A stretch of DNA of 64,000 bases from Lingula anatina (taxonomy: Eukaryota; Animalia; Brachiopoda), in contig CM120645.1 in the NCBI GenBank assembly GCA_051362555.1, forward strand, positions 16,616,001 to 16,680,000, written 5' to 3'. Position numbers and translations under genes: made by a program. Below the pieces are notes generated by a model, which saw only the letters and a list, made by a program, of their open reading frames with translations, did not search any database and was not told the DNA's origin. Of this stretch, positions 1 to 14,810 are shown one piece after another. Each line of letters opens with the position of its first letter. The stretch's first letter is position 1.

Positions 1-3000
1 GCACTATTGTGTTTTGGTGCTGTAATTATTCACAAATTTCAAATAATTTTTTTGTCAAGATTTCTCAGTTATAGTTACTCATCTAAGTGTTCTTCTCGAT
101 GTTTTTTTTTTTATTCATTTTCCAAGCAAAACATTCTTTTGTGCTATAAAATTAATTAATCAATCTATTTGAATGTAATGAGTAATTACGGTATTCTGTT
201 ATATAAACATATAAGTATTTATGCTTGTGATGTAAAGACATCTAACTGTGTCCTACATGTAAACTGCAACAAAATTTACGTATATTTTCACCATGCTTGC
301 AGCTAGGAAAAATCATTTAGTCTCTTCATGGCCTCTTATATACTGATCCAATCCGGAGTACTAAATTTAGTTGCTAAGTAGCCTATTGTACCTGGTTGGG
401 TGTGTTAGAGGAACTGATTGTGTTTAGTTGTGACAATCAATTATTGTAATCAACACAGAAATTGTAAGAAATAATTAAAAGGGACTGCCACAGTATAGTT
501 CATTATTCTCTAGATTATATTTACTCTTGGTCAAAATTTTGGAATATATGAACTATGTTTCCTGTGAACTGAGAGTGCTGCCAAGAGCAAATTAAGCTTA
601 GCTGCCATAGGAAACTTTGGGCAGTATGATATATATATCCAACATGACTGCCAATTCCCACCATTGCAAACCTTCTATCCACCCTGAATAAAGAAAAAAA
701 CTTTGTGGTAAATACAGTTTCAAGGTGCCATTACTCCTGTAATCAGAGCGTAATTTGAGTGACTCGTAACTGGATTTTGTCAATTTGGTTTCTCTAAAAT
801 CCTAAAAAAAAAATTTACTAGTCCTTTTTTAATTTTTTCAACCACTGACAAAAGTTTGTCATAATTTTGCAAAATATTTTAATAATTACCGGTTGACTGA
901 TATATATTTCTGATGCATTGTTAATTTCAATTTGTGCATTTTGAAAAACTATTCACAATCATGGAAAATGAAAAACATACTGTAGTACAAATAATTACGT
1001 ACTGTATGTGTAATGTTTTGCTACATTTAGTGATTATTGTAACTTTGATTTTTATTATCATATATCTTGTGGATCTATTAAATTTGATATTGTGGTTATT
1101 TATTGTGTGTTGTTGCATTTCTATAAAGAACCAGCTCACACGTGCTTACACCTACTGAATCTTTCGGTGCTCAACGGTACAGTCATTTACTAATCTACCA
1201 AATTACAAAAGTGACCATGTACAATTTAGCAGTCATAGAGTAAGTGAAAGTACAACATCACTAAATAAGAAAAACACCACCACCCCCACCTCCCAAAAAA
1301 AGAAAAAAAAGAAAAAAAGAAAGACGTTACTTTGATGGGAGGAGGGGGGTGAAAGTGCATTGAATATTAAACAGTCCACAACTCCATTTGTATGGTTATA
1401 CCATTTTCCTCCTTTTATCACCATATGTTCCTTAAAATATAAACTCATAGTGCACTAAGTAAGTTGCCTTCTTTTTTTGACATTATCAGAGACTTTCAGT
1501 TATAACAAAGTGTTCTGTGCATGCAGCCATTCATTACTCGAGCCCAAAGTTTGGTATGTCAATAGTTTCATCTTAACTTCATCTGGGTTTTAAGTGTACA
1601 TGGGTAAAATGTGGAAGCATTTGATAAAACAAAACATTGCTCACAAGTCATTTTTACATACCCACTTTTTGAAGTTTAAGTTCCTGATGAACCCTGAAAC
1701 TGGAAAGCATTTAGCAATACAAAGCAATGAAAGCATATTCCAACCTTTAAGGTCTTTGCAAAAAAATATTCACCAGGCATTTATGTCATTATCTTCTGTT
1801 GTGTACCAAGCAGGGATTCACTATAGATTTAATTAGATTAATCATTTACTCGTAATCTGTCTCATGTTTAAGTCAATCAATGTTAGACCTTTATAATAGT
1901 AAAAATTTGAATGACAAAATTACCATTTATAAACTTGGCCTGTGAGTTTTAAGTTTGTCATTTGTGTACCACTCCTGTACAGAGATTGAGACTTGTAAAT
2001 TTCACCCATAATGCTATAAATTAGAAATTAAGAAATCAAAAACAACACTATATATCAGGCTCATCTCAATAGATTTGTATAGATTATGCTTTGCTGATTA
2101 AGTAAAAGTTGCTGAAATTTCTTGCAAAAATTTTAGCTATATGAAGGTCTGACACAAATTGCATGCTTTTAAAGTACACTGCTTCCTTGCTGAGTCAAAT
2201 GCATACTCCATGTAAAAATAGTTTCAAATCAATAACATAATTAGGTTCTTTGTCGATTTCACACTGGCCCCTCACCACCTGCCGACCAGAGTTCACGCAG
2301 GTCCAGGCTGGGCAGCCATGTTAGAAGCAGCTGGGGTCAGGGACAATTAAATACCAATCAAGACATGATGACATATGTTGAAAATGATTTTGACAAATAT
2401 GAGCCTGGTTCACTTCCTCATTAGGTTCGACATGGAGTCAAATGATGTGATTATGCCACAGTGTGTCCTTACTAGCAACAGTCAACAGGAAAAAAATATG
2501 ACAAAGTAATTCACAGAAGTAGACAACTAAAAAAATGCTCTTTATGTCTTGTCAAAGAAGAAAATTGAAATGCAGAGATGAATCAAATGAAACATGATCC
2601 TCCTGTGTCAATCTGTGGGAACACGCGATGTTCCATCCTTCAAATTATTACCAGTGGGAGTGGATGAGACTTCAGAGAAATGTAAGGAATTTCACACCAA
2701 AGTTAATTACTAACAACCTTTTTCTTGGACAACACCTTCAGGAGCATGCAATGAGGAAAATATCTGCTCAGTTCACTAACACATTTTCCCCCCAAGGTAT
2801 TGAATTTTAAAACTCACATATACATACTGGATTTTTACATAAAAAAACTGACAAAACAGATTTACTTTCTAATCACCACCATCTTTGTCAGCTAAATTAA
2901 TTTTAAATTGAGTCATTAGCTAAAAATTCTTGCCCACCAAGTATAGCCAGGTTGACCAGTGACTGTTTTGATGAAGTGAAATGGTTATTGATTAGCAAAT

Positions 3001-4980
3001 TAACCTTTTCTGATACTGAACTTCTGACACCAGGCTGGTGGCCTGAAACTTTTTATCTCTGCATCACATCCGACACCTGACAAATGACTGGTCAATGATC
3101 AACTGACCATAGGTAAACAAAGCAACAAATCTCTATCACTTCAAATGGTGCATAACTCAAGCAATCTTTCCATCTGTGACACCTCTAGCTGTGCCTTTTA
3201 TGTTACAGAACAATTGTCCTCATCTTCTATCTTATATAAGATATATATGCCCAGTGAAACAAGGTTAACATTTTTATCACCCTGTGACAAAAGTCAGGGA
3301 TCATATTTATCCTTGCCCCCCCCCCCATCCCCAACCCCCATACAAAAGTCTGGATACACCAGTGCTAACTGCAGATATTATACATTTCAATGTTTTTTAT
3401 ACAGGTAGTTTTTATGAAACAAGACCCACTACCATGTGACTGACACCCAAGATTTTTGTGTATGACACTTTCAATTCTTGGATGCTTTAATTTCAGAGGA
3501 TACTTAATTAATGTCATACTTCATGTAATGAAAAAATGACTAGATTTTGTTTTTCAATACAAAACCATACAACACAATTTCTAAAGGGAAAAATTTAATC
3601 CAAGAAGAATTTACAGCTTCAGTAGCACCTAGCAAAAGGACTTCCGTTTCATTAGTTTTGCAACTATGTCATCTACAGCATTTAGCAACTTTGCCTGACT
3701 AGGCTAAGGCACCCCCTTAATGGAATAAAGGTGTAGCAAAACAATGAAATCCTAAGTCTTCAAAGAATTCTCTGAAAAAATTAGATTGAATTCTCAAACC
3801 CACGGAAGCCATGTAATGGAAATTAACATGTCTGCTTCACTACTTTAACAGCTGCCGCTAATGGTATTAAAGTTCTGGAAATTGAGGGTTAAAGGAAAAG
3901 ACACAATTCATTAAACATTTTTACAGATACAATTTGGGGACATTATAAAACTATTCTTTTCTCAGGCAAGGTGATGTGAAAGCATTCGCCAGAAAAAAAA
4001 CACATTAACCTTTCTACACAATGCCCCAGGAATCAGCATTCAGGCAGGTGAGTTATTGTTCAGGTTCATGTGCAAAATTAGATTTTACCTCAGTCTTCAA
4101 GAACTGTTGCTGCAAAGTGATTAATCTGTTTACTGCTTCAAAATTTTGGACATTTTGCTAAATCATCAAATTTGTCATGCCTGAATAGAACAGGAATACG
4201 TAACAATGCTCAATGTTGTCAATGTAATGAGAAAAAGGCAAATTTACTAACGTGTACCGAAATTAGTTTGCAACCCAGTACAATCGAAAGCCTAGTACTT
4301 GACAGATTTGCTACAACTATAGTTGTAAGAGATGAACAGATTAATCATCATGTTATAAACAACAGAAAAAGTAAGAGATACAAAGGGCAACTGCAATGAG
4401 TGTTGTAATGGACCTACCTCAGGGAGGGGGGGGGGGGACAAATGGTTTACAGTGAGGGGTGGGCAGCACTTTTCTACAGTCTTTTGAATAGTTTCAGTTT
4501 GTCTTCAGGGGTCTATTTTCACAAGAAAGCCACAATACTAATGTAATACTTAAGTTCTAATGTGATGTTGCATGACATTTGGAGGCTTTGAGCTCAATCA
4601 AGTCTTGGTCTTATTGCCGTCTCTATTCACATTAAAAAAAAAAGACTAAAATCAAAATACAGACATGTACACATACTCCTGTCCTTCCTCACAAGTTCCA
4701 AGCTTTTAGATCAAATATTTCAATTTTGCCTTTTCTCCTAGAATCACACATGATTACTGCAATCTTCTGTATTAGCCCTAGCTGTAGATTGCATTTTACA
4801 GGGAAATCAATTTTTGGATCAATATGTTGGAAAAGGCCACCTTTTCACTGCCATTTCTTTTGCCTAAATACAATGTCTGCAAACTTGACATACTGGTACC
4901 TGTGCTTTGAAGTCCAAGTATCAAAGGTCCCTAGAAACTGACCTCTATTCTTTGTCAGCACGCATGCTTGTATTACTTAC

Positions 4981-7900
4981 TCTGGTTACAGCCTGGTCCA
5001 AACATCTTTGGATCTTCACAAATCTCACACGCAGAACCAGTAAAGTTGGCATTGCACTTGCATGTACCATTTCCTTTGATGCCATCAATACACTGAAATT
5101 TTGATATCAAGTTTGTTGCAATTTTCCAAGTGACTCAAAAGTAATTTTTATCATTTTATTATGTTTCTTATTGCTTACATTATTATTTTTTAATATATAA
5201 TTTATGTTATTAATATACATAACCAGGTTTGAAAATGAAGAAGTTGTTTTGCATCAGATCTGAGGCTACAGGTACAGACTTCTTTTAAAAATTGAAAGCT
5301 AGATCAGCTTCATACATGGGCAGACAGTCTTCCCATCTCAATTCAAAAATCTAATTATCTGTGTAACATCATAAAAAAAGTGTCTCAGAAAGAAAATGAT
5401 TCCTGGAAGTCATCTCTAAGCCCCAAAAGATGGTCACGCACTACCTACATTGCCAGATTATAGTATTCTGAGGTTCCAATTTTCAAAAAATGATCCAATA
5501 GATTTTTAGGATATAGAGATTGCATGACTTTGTGCTCAAATGAGTTCTAATCAGCAGGTTCATTCCCTATTTTAATAGTAGAAATGTTCCCAAATAAAAA
5601 GGTAAATTAAAAGACATTACTGGGATTATTATATAGTGTTCAGGATCAAAAATCATTAGGTAAAAAGAGCATATTGATGGTGATGTAATTTGCCATAAGA
5701 ACCTAAAATTAAGGCCAGAATCTAGAATCCAACATCCCATGTGTATCAAACATGGCTAAAATAAATCCTGGTTACATTTTTTTCTGTCAAATTATGGTTC
5801 TTTATCACATCAATGAACAATTGTTGGTAATTAATCAAATACCATTTTTTTCAGTGAACTATCTTTCACAAAGGACAAAGATAAACAAATAGATAAATTG
5901 CAAAATAAGTCTAGATGCCAATATTACCTGCCCATTACCATAACATGGATTGTTGTACTCTCCTGGGCAGGGCTCACAAGCTGAGCCATAGTAACCACCA
6001 CAGCACTCTGAAACCTTTAAAAGGGAGGGACATTCAACATATTTCATCCATATTAAATGACAGAAATAAATAGCTATATTTCTATTTCATGTTTGTTACA
6101 ACAGACTGTTGCAGATTGCTCATAATCCAACATCAGCAAAGCTAAATCAGGGTTGAGAAAGTGTATTATGAAAACACAATCTGTCTCACCAGTCACATTC
6201 CCACCTACCGTAATGCTCCTGTTGCACATCCAAGCACATCCATCCCTGGGATATGAACGGTAGAAGAAGGAATCTGGAAAAGGATATCTGACAAACCCTC
6301 TATATCTGTGGGCGCTCCAGGGAAATCCGTCATGACGCCATGCCACGAACCTACACTTTAAACTTGGCTGTTTCTGAAATGTGATCTTTAGATGATTACA
6401 CTTTTTTCCCAGCACCGATTATTATGATTTAAATCACTGTAAGAAAATGACTTTAAAACTAGACAGCAAAGCTTTCCAAATATACACACACCAAACGGGA
6501 GGCACATTGCAAAAAACATATGTATAAAAATTGTATGAAATCTCATTAAATTGCAAAACATTTGAAGTCATAAAATTGTTACATGGATCTTAAAGAAATT
6601 TAAATGGACATGCGAAAGCTGCTGTTGTATATGACTCTTTGCCAAAACATACCTGGACATATACATGCCTCTTATTTGCCACATATTTCCTCTTGTCCCT
6701 TTATCTTTCATAATACCAATAATTTTTTCTTTAAAAAGATTCCTCTGAGAGATAAATCCACACAAACTTATCTGGGGAAAATGCCCTTTAAGCACCAATT
6801 AAAAAAAGCAAAATGTTGAATTAAACTTTAGGTAAAAAAAGGAAGTCACATGGGGGTCTTATTATTAGGTTTTTACACAGTTTCAATGCTACTTTCTTGT
6901 CATTGAATCTAGTGGTTACAGTATTTCAAAAGTCAAAACAGGCAAAAAGCAATCACACATTACCAGTGGTATGTCAGAATCCAACTGGCATTTTGACAAT
7001 CGAGAACACCATCCACATGGGCCCTAAGTATAAAGGAAGATAAGGTGTACACTGTAACACAAACTAAAAAGTATTAGAATAAACTTTTCAAAATTTAACT
7101 ATTCAAAATTATCCCAAGGCCCATTTTCATGTTTTACAAAATTTTTTAAGTGAAAAAAATTATGTCAGTGGACAATTGTCTTCTGAAAAAAATTTCAAGA
7201 TCAACTAAATTTTCAAGTTTATACCATAAAGCTGACCATGTTACATTGATTGAAGAGCATTTCAAGTAGGTTTCAACTACTTGCACTGAAGCCATCAGTG
7301 TTACGTACACATTTTATTTTACAAAAAAAAAAAAATTGGAAAAGAAGCATTTTAGTCATGTATGACAGTGGCTTTCTAGTTCTGTTCTAGTGGTCTAGTC
7401 ATCTGATCCAAGGCATGTACACATGCATGCAGATATTCTAGATACTGAGAAACATGTAATTGTGAAATTTGAACATGGAGGGGGGGAGTACCTTGACAAC
7501 TTTCCACGTTTCCTTGTCACATCTATTTGGAAGAATAGACTCTCCCTTTGGAAGCAGCAGTCCATCAATATGATGGTAGTATCCATTTGAAGCAGGGATG
7601 TCAGTTTGTGTGATATTGACAACCCTGTTCAATCTAATCTGGCCCTACAAAAAGATACAATTCAATTACTATTCTTTGTAGTATTTCTTTTCCCCCTTTT
7701 TTCATCAAAATTTATCATCTTTACTTAAATGACAAGTTATCTTTCTGAATGGCAAAGATTAAACCCTTTATCATTTTTGCACTATTTAAGCATGCTTATT
7801 ACCAGTACTTCTTCTAAAATTGAAATAGTTTGATCACCAATCTATCAATTTTACAACAAACAAAATAAAGTAATGCACCTCACAATAGTACTCTTAAATT

Positions 7901-10900
7901 TATTTTGTTCTAATGATTATGCTTACCAACTTTGTAATGGTCACTGTTGTAGCTGCATTGCCAAGAGAAACAAAACGATCCATGTTGATCAAGTCAGCAG
8001 CTAAAACCTGTCAAAAACAAAATGTTAATGTTGTTGTTAATAATGACACAAAAAGGTAACAATCCACCAAATTTCCATTCTAAAATCTACTTCAAATTAC
8101 CTTATGGTTTAACATCATTGTGGCTGAAGAAGGTCGCTCCATTCCCAAGCTGCGTCAACTATGGGGTGAAACGGTCCACTTTTTCAGAAAAAAACTTTGA
8201 AATTGCTGGCTTCACGTCAAATGTTCTCATGTCAGCCTATCACATATATCTAACCTGATTCTTATCTCAACCAGTGACATCTATCTCAGTTCTTATCTCA
8301 ACCAATGACATCTATCTTAATTCATTGAAAACATCATATGTTCTTACTTCAGCCTATCACATCTAACCTAATTCTTATCTCAACCAATCACATCCAAATC
8401 TAAAATAAAAATGCGTGACCTATTTACCTGTGTTCCCTCCACAATGTGACTCTTCAGCAATCCAACAAGCTTACCATGTCCCTTTGATATTATGAAAAAG
8501 TACATAGAGTGAACATTCACTGACACAGAAAGTTTTTTTTTTATATTTAAAGATGAAATACAGAGTTGCAATGCATAAAATGCATAATGCAATAAGGAAA
8601 TCAAAAATACCATTGCTCAAAAGTATGTTTTTTCACTTGAAACAGTTTTAACTAACTTGCCATTTAATATAAATTGTTCTTGGAGGTGACAGAAAGTTAT
8701 TTGCAGGGTAAAGTTGCAAAACCACCATAGAATTCCCCCTTTGACATGAAAGTACCCATAAGCACCAGTACCTCTTTGGAGATCAGATAGCCATAGACTC
8801 TCTTGTCTATAGCATCAATGGCCCCATTATTGGCCACAAAGACTGTGTAGTTCCCTGCACTGGAGTCATTTAAAAAACCAGCCAGACCTGCAATCTAAAT
8901 AAAATGAAAAATAATAGTTAGTTAAAGCTAGTACATTCACAGAAGTTATCACCAAGAAACTGGCCAGATAAATGAAAGTGAACCAAATAATTTGTACAGA
9001 GAGGAAAACACAACATTCCTTTTATGGCTACTAAAAGGTGAAGGTGGCAAAAAAAACTAATATACAAAAATATACATACACTTGATAACTTAAAAACCTT
9101 ATATACAATACCACAATGTATACCATTACAGTAAAAAATACAACATGGCAATATTATACTGACCTCAATCAGATATTGGAACCTGTTGAACTTCCCATCT
9201 TTTTTGATCAGTTCATACAAAGAAGTCTAAAAAAATGAAAAAAAATGAAAGGAATCTAGATTGTTTAATATACTTCAACTGAGATTTCTGTTATTTGCTC
9301 TGTGAAATTCTTATTGTGTCAGCTCAGATACATCTAAGTATCCCTGGATTTATGAGTCATATATTTGTGAATAATTACTATGGTTTTTCTATTATTTTAA
9401 TAGTCATATGTACTGAGTGCTTGAATAAAATGGAAGTAAATATAACAAACCTCTTTGTCTCCTTTTGTCTCTGGTTTGTTTGTCATAAGTTTGTCTATAA
9501 CATGGATCAGGCCATTAGAAGCTATAATATTGTACTTGACTAGTTTCCCCTTTCTTCCTGATCCATGAATTCTATAGCGAAAGAGCATCTCTCCACTCTA
9601 TAAACAGAATATATAAAAATTAATATTTTACGTCAAAATAATGCAAAGCACTATAATCATTATTTCTGTTACTGACATCATCATCATTATTAACACCATC
9701 AACATCATCACTATTATTATTATTATTATTATTATCATTTTTATAATTATTATTATCATTAAAACTGTAAGGTATACAAACTTTCATAGGTCTGGCATTG
9801 AGCTCTGCTGATGTGCCCTGTAGTGTATAGAAAGTGGTATTCCTCATGTCTTGTACACTCATCTGTGTGGCAAGGATATGTTGTCTGATGATCTGTGCAG
9901 CTAGGTCGTCATCTGAACTTAGATTTAGCTGAAATCAGTACATGGAATTCAGACACTGTTGTTAGGCCCTAAGGGGTAAAATGGACCACATTTGCAGAAA
10001 AATGTTCCCCTTAGAAATTGCTGGCTGCAGGCCTGTTGGTATAAATATCTAGTTGAAATACAAACTGACATCATCAGAAAGACTGAACTGCAACTCACAT
10101 TTCTAGCACTGTACAATCACTCAAAAGAAAAAACAATAAATGTAATCTTTTAGGCAGAGCACATTAATGAGTTTTATAAAACCGGGTACAAAATAAAGGA
10201 CACATATTTATACATAACACTTAATCCATAGCCAGTACTGGTAACTTAGAAGAGATTTCTAAGCAGCTACACTGTACAGGGACAAACATCATGTCAATAC
10301 TCATGCATCAGTGCTTCTCTTTACGTTTCTTCTTTCATATTCGTGCTAACACATGGGAGCAAATATGAAGTGGAGTGCTAAGACATAAATATTCTTTTTT
10401 CCAGGCTACCAATCCTGATACAAGCAGACCAACGAACCTGCTTCTGGTTTGCCTGTCCCCAGTCCATAGGCATAAACAATGTGAAAGGTCCATGTTCAGC
10501 CAGGGCTGCTGCATAATGTAAAGCAATCATGCTGATGCCAAAAGACAGTTTCCCACCAAGTTCTGGGTCATGCTTGTCAAGTTCTTCAAGCCTCTGTAAT
10601 GGAAATTATTGATTGTGTTAGTCCAGATTTGGACTGTGAAATGACTGTCTTGAAACAACTGTAATGCTCAATTTTTATATTAATTTATAAATATATCATA
10701 TTGTGGGTCCACAAAAAATAAATCAAAAGATAGAAAATAAATAACGAATCTATCAGTTTCTTGAATTCAGCTTATCACCTGTATAATATTTCCATAACAA
10801 GTTTTTCCATCCCCAATGTAGCCTTCCTTACATTTACATCTGAAACATAAGAGGCTGATAAGCAACATAGGAATAAACTGCTATAATTACAAATTTACAA

Positions 10901-13900
10901 CAATTACATGTGTATTGGTACTCCACAGATGTACTGTGACAAAACAATTTCATTTAATTTGCCCAACATGAAATAAGCTAATTGTAAATATTAAATTTGA
11001 TTTTTCACCATAGTCTTTCATACGCATATGTACACATACACAAACACAAACACACACACACACAAACAAACATGCACACAAACCAGTTACTACTTACGTG
11101 ACCTGACCAGGTACATCGACTGTACAGTCAGCATTTTTATGACATACATCTGATCTGTTTGTCTGACACAGGTCTATCATGACACAACCTAACCCAGTGG
11201 TGTAGTTTTCATATCCTTCAAGACAGTCACATTTGTTCTAGAAGAAAACAGACAAATCAAACCACAATGCAACATGTGTGATGTATACTAGTAATTTTTA
11301 ATATTTCCCTGCTGCAATCATTTTAAAATAATTTTTTTAAACAAAAAATACACCTAGTGATTTTTAAATGTACCAAAAATTTTACTAGTAATACAGTGAA
11401 GTTTTCTAGCACATTTTTAATTTTTGCATTCAAATAAAAACATGAAGCACTTCCTCAGTCCTTTAAACTTAAACGTTTTCTTCACATTAATTTAACATGG
11501 GTAACTTAGCTGGCTATTTATTGCCAATAAAAACGTGTGCTAATCAGAAAGTCCTACAGTCTATAGTAAGATCCTGCAAAGAATTTCAACCTTATATATG
11601 CATTTAAAAAAATACTTCAAGTCATACTTAATTTTATACTTTTTACATTTATTGATGTTACATATGCCTGTACGCAGTATATTAATATATTCATACCTCC
11701 CCTGGGCCAACATAAACACATTTAGCCCCTACACCTGGACACAGGGCATCATTCTTGTTATCACATGGGTTTATGGGATCACAGAAGAGCCCATCGCCAG
11801 TATATCCAAGCTTGCATTGACAGATATGGTTTCCAGGGGACAAAATGTCACAGTGAGCATCTGGATGGCAGGGATGACTGTCACAAGGATTTGTTGCTGG
11901 AATGATGAGAATTTCAAGGAAATTCTTTTTTCATTTTTTTCACAAAAACATCCAGACTGGATTTCCTGGAGAAACTATGCTGTTTAAAGGAGTGTCGTGG
12001 GTTTTTGTCCCACATATAGAATTGAAGGTAAAAAGTACATATATTCTACTATCCATGTTTGCAACAAATGTCCCAAAGTCATATTTTCTATGTATGCATA
12101 TAGGCCTATGTGTATCCTGAAAGGTAATTTTTTCACAATTCATATCTTAAAAATAACTTTAAAAAAGCTCCAACAAAATATTTTTCTGATATGTGACTGC
12201 TCATTCATAAATAAAAAAATTATTGGTAATAATTGATTTTAGAAAATAATGAATACAAGTACAGTACAGGGACAGCTCTAACAATAAGTCCTGAGTAGGA
12301 GAAAATCCTTTTTTCTGAGGAAAATTCACTTTGGAGCAAAAAACAAATTGGGATACTTTAAATAACTTTTGGCTAAGTTAAATAACTTGTAGAACATTCT
12401 AACATGGACAAGATATACTATTTCTCTGCAAACATAACAAGTACATTTTCTAACACTTGATTAGAAGTCATGCTGGATAGTGTTCACTTTATAGTTTTTA
12501 TCTATAATGTTTCTTCATGCTTTATTCAACTGATTACACAGGCATTACAATGATATCGAAAACGAGGGCAAAGAATGGAGAGTGCACATACTTACCTGTG
12601 CAATTCCACCCATCTGTGGCTTGGTATCCTGGTTTACAGCGACACCGTATCTCCCCATTGTCTTCCTCCGTGCACACTGCTTCTGGATGACAAGACTGGT
12701 TGGTGCAGCCAGAAATAGCTGGAAGAATTCTGTACATAGCAACACAAGGGCGAATCTTGGTGAGGGGACACATGCCCCACTCACATTTTAACAATCATAA
12801 TTATTATTACATGTATTATTATTATTGCGATTACTATTGATGTTATTGTCACCATCATCATTACCATTATTATTATTGTGATGATAATGATGATGATCGA
12901 TGATCATTATAATTTTTACAATGTTTTCTAACATGCAACTGAGCCAGGCCAAAATAACCCCAAGTCTGCCAACTTAGCCCAAAATAAAGAGAAGGTCTCG
13001 ATAGTCCGAAGGTTCATTGCTCCGAAAAATCGTAACATTTTCATCAAATTTTTAATCAAGGGTTCATTGGTCCGAAGGTTCTAAAGTGAACATTCAGACC
13101 ACGGCCCCAAAATGAAAATAAGCCAAATCCTGTGTGATTTTGAAGCTGACAGAATTTATCCAAGGACATTTTCTTTTTGTTTTCTATTGTTACATAATTA
13201 TATAACCAGCACTGAGAGCTGAAATAGCAATAGTGTGTTTTGATACCTTGGTCACATCTGGTCCCCATGTACCCGGAGTCACAAACACAGGAGCCGTTTC
13301 CGTTTATGCCACTCCTGCATGTCCCCATTGGACCACAGTCACATACTACCAAGAATAAATAAAGAAAGTATTCTTACATCAACACGCATTAAAAAGGCAG
13401 AGGCCCTATCCTTATCCAGCAGTGTAGGTCAACTTAAGTGACACAGTCTGTAGCGGTACAATTTACAAGATAGACGACGTAAGGAGAGCCTTTGCTTGCC
13501 TCGGTTTCCTTGCTGCGGCAATAAGGGTACCCTGCGTGTTAGCACAAAAGCTGAGGTAAAGCGTCCACGTACGACACCGCCCTTTAATATAACATGTTAT
13601 ATCTTAACCTTTTGTTTTCCAAATGTCAACCAAGCTGCCAACGTAGACTGTTTGAGTGCTTCTTTTCTGGTTTCTCGCCATTCGATGGGTTTTGCTAAGC
13701 AGAGTGGCTACCATTTTTTTCATTGTCTTTCAACCTCTTTTACAGGGGTAATTCTGTCCTCTAACTTTAAGCGTCACGCTCGCCGTAACTTAGGATTTAA
13801 CCTGATAATTTCAGAACTCAAAAACGGCCTTATGGCCTTCTATTTCTCAACAATTTTGGATTGCGTATACCTTGGCGATTTGGGGAAAATTTATAAAGTT

Positions 13901-14779
13901 TCCCGTAAAAATAGCTTTGTTTGCCTCCTATCCATTCTATCTACGCGCACGACAAAAAGTGAACTGGTGAAGAACGTCTGGAGTAGCGCAGTTGGGGCTT
14001 CTCAAAGTGTACCGGTACGGACTGCATCGCTTAGCATACCGCTCTGTGTGAAAAAGACTAGAAAGCAATCAAAATAAACATATAACGTGTGACTAGTGAT
14101 CGTAGGTTACGTTTTTCAAAATATTTATTGTTGGTTTAGGCCGAACATAGGGAAAAACAAGTGGAACTTCGCACCTGACCATATACTGTACGTGCTTTAT
14201 GCTGCCATTTTGGTAATATTTGCCTTTTTATACGATATTAACATATAAACAACCGCTGGACCACTGGCCGGTATACCGAAAGTTGACCCTGTATTGTTGG
14301 ATACCAAAATTTGGTCTTCATCAATACATGTTATCTGCGCTACATGAAGTTCAGTAAATGTAACTACCCCAGTAAACCGACGAGTAGTGGTAAAAAAAGC
14401 CTTGTTAATTAGGCACAATATAAAATCTAAACGGTTTTTAATGTCTTAGAGTATATTTATTTCTAATCTAAAAGTTTAAAACAATTTTTGGACCAATGCT
14501 ATGACGAAAAAAAAGGATCCGGAACCAGGTATGGTTAAAGATTGTGTCATTTAACGACATGCACTACACCCCACACCCACAAGAAACCAACTTGTCGTTC
14601 GTGATGCCTTACCTCCAGTACAATTTGGGCCATATCTGACTTCTTCTTTACACTCTTCACAAGCCGATCCTGTAAACTGGGTCTGCAACATTCAACGATA
14701 TCAAGGATATGGCATCTTCCTCATGCTTGAACAAATACTAACACGTAATATGTTTGGACAGACATGAGGCCGGTTTCAC

Positions 14780-14810
<31 letters not shown>

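Noticed and set aside
2260-2340. GC-rich patch as the next stabilin exon
   Set aside because: The phase-compatible frame stops after a few codons and has no EGF cysteine pattern.
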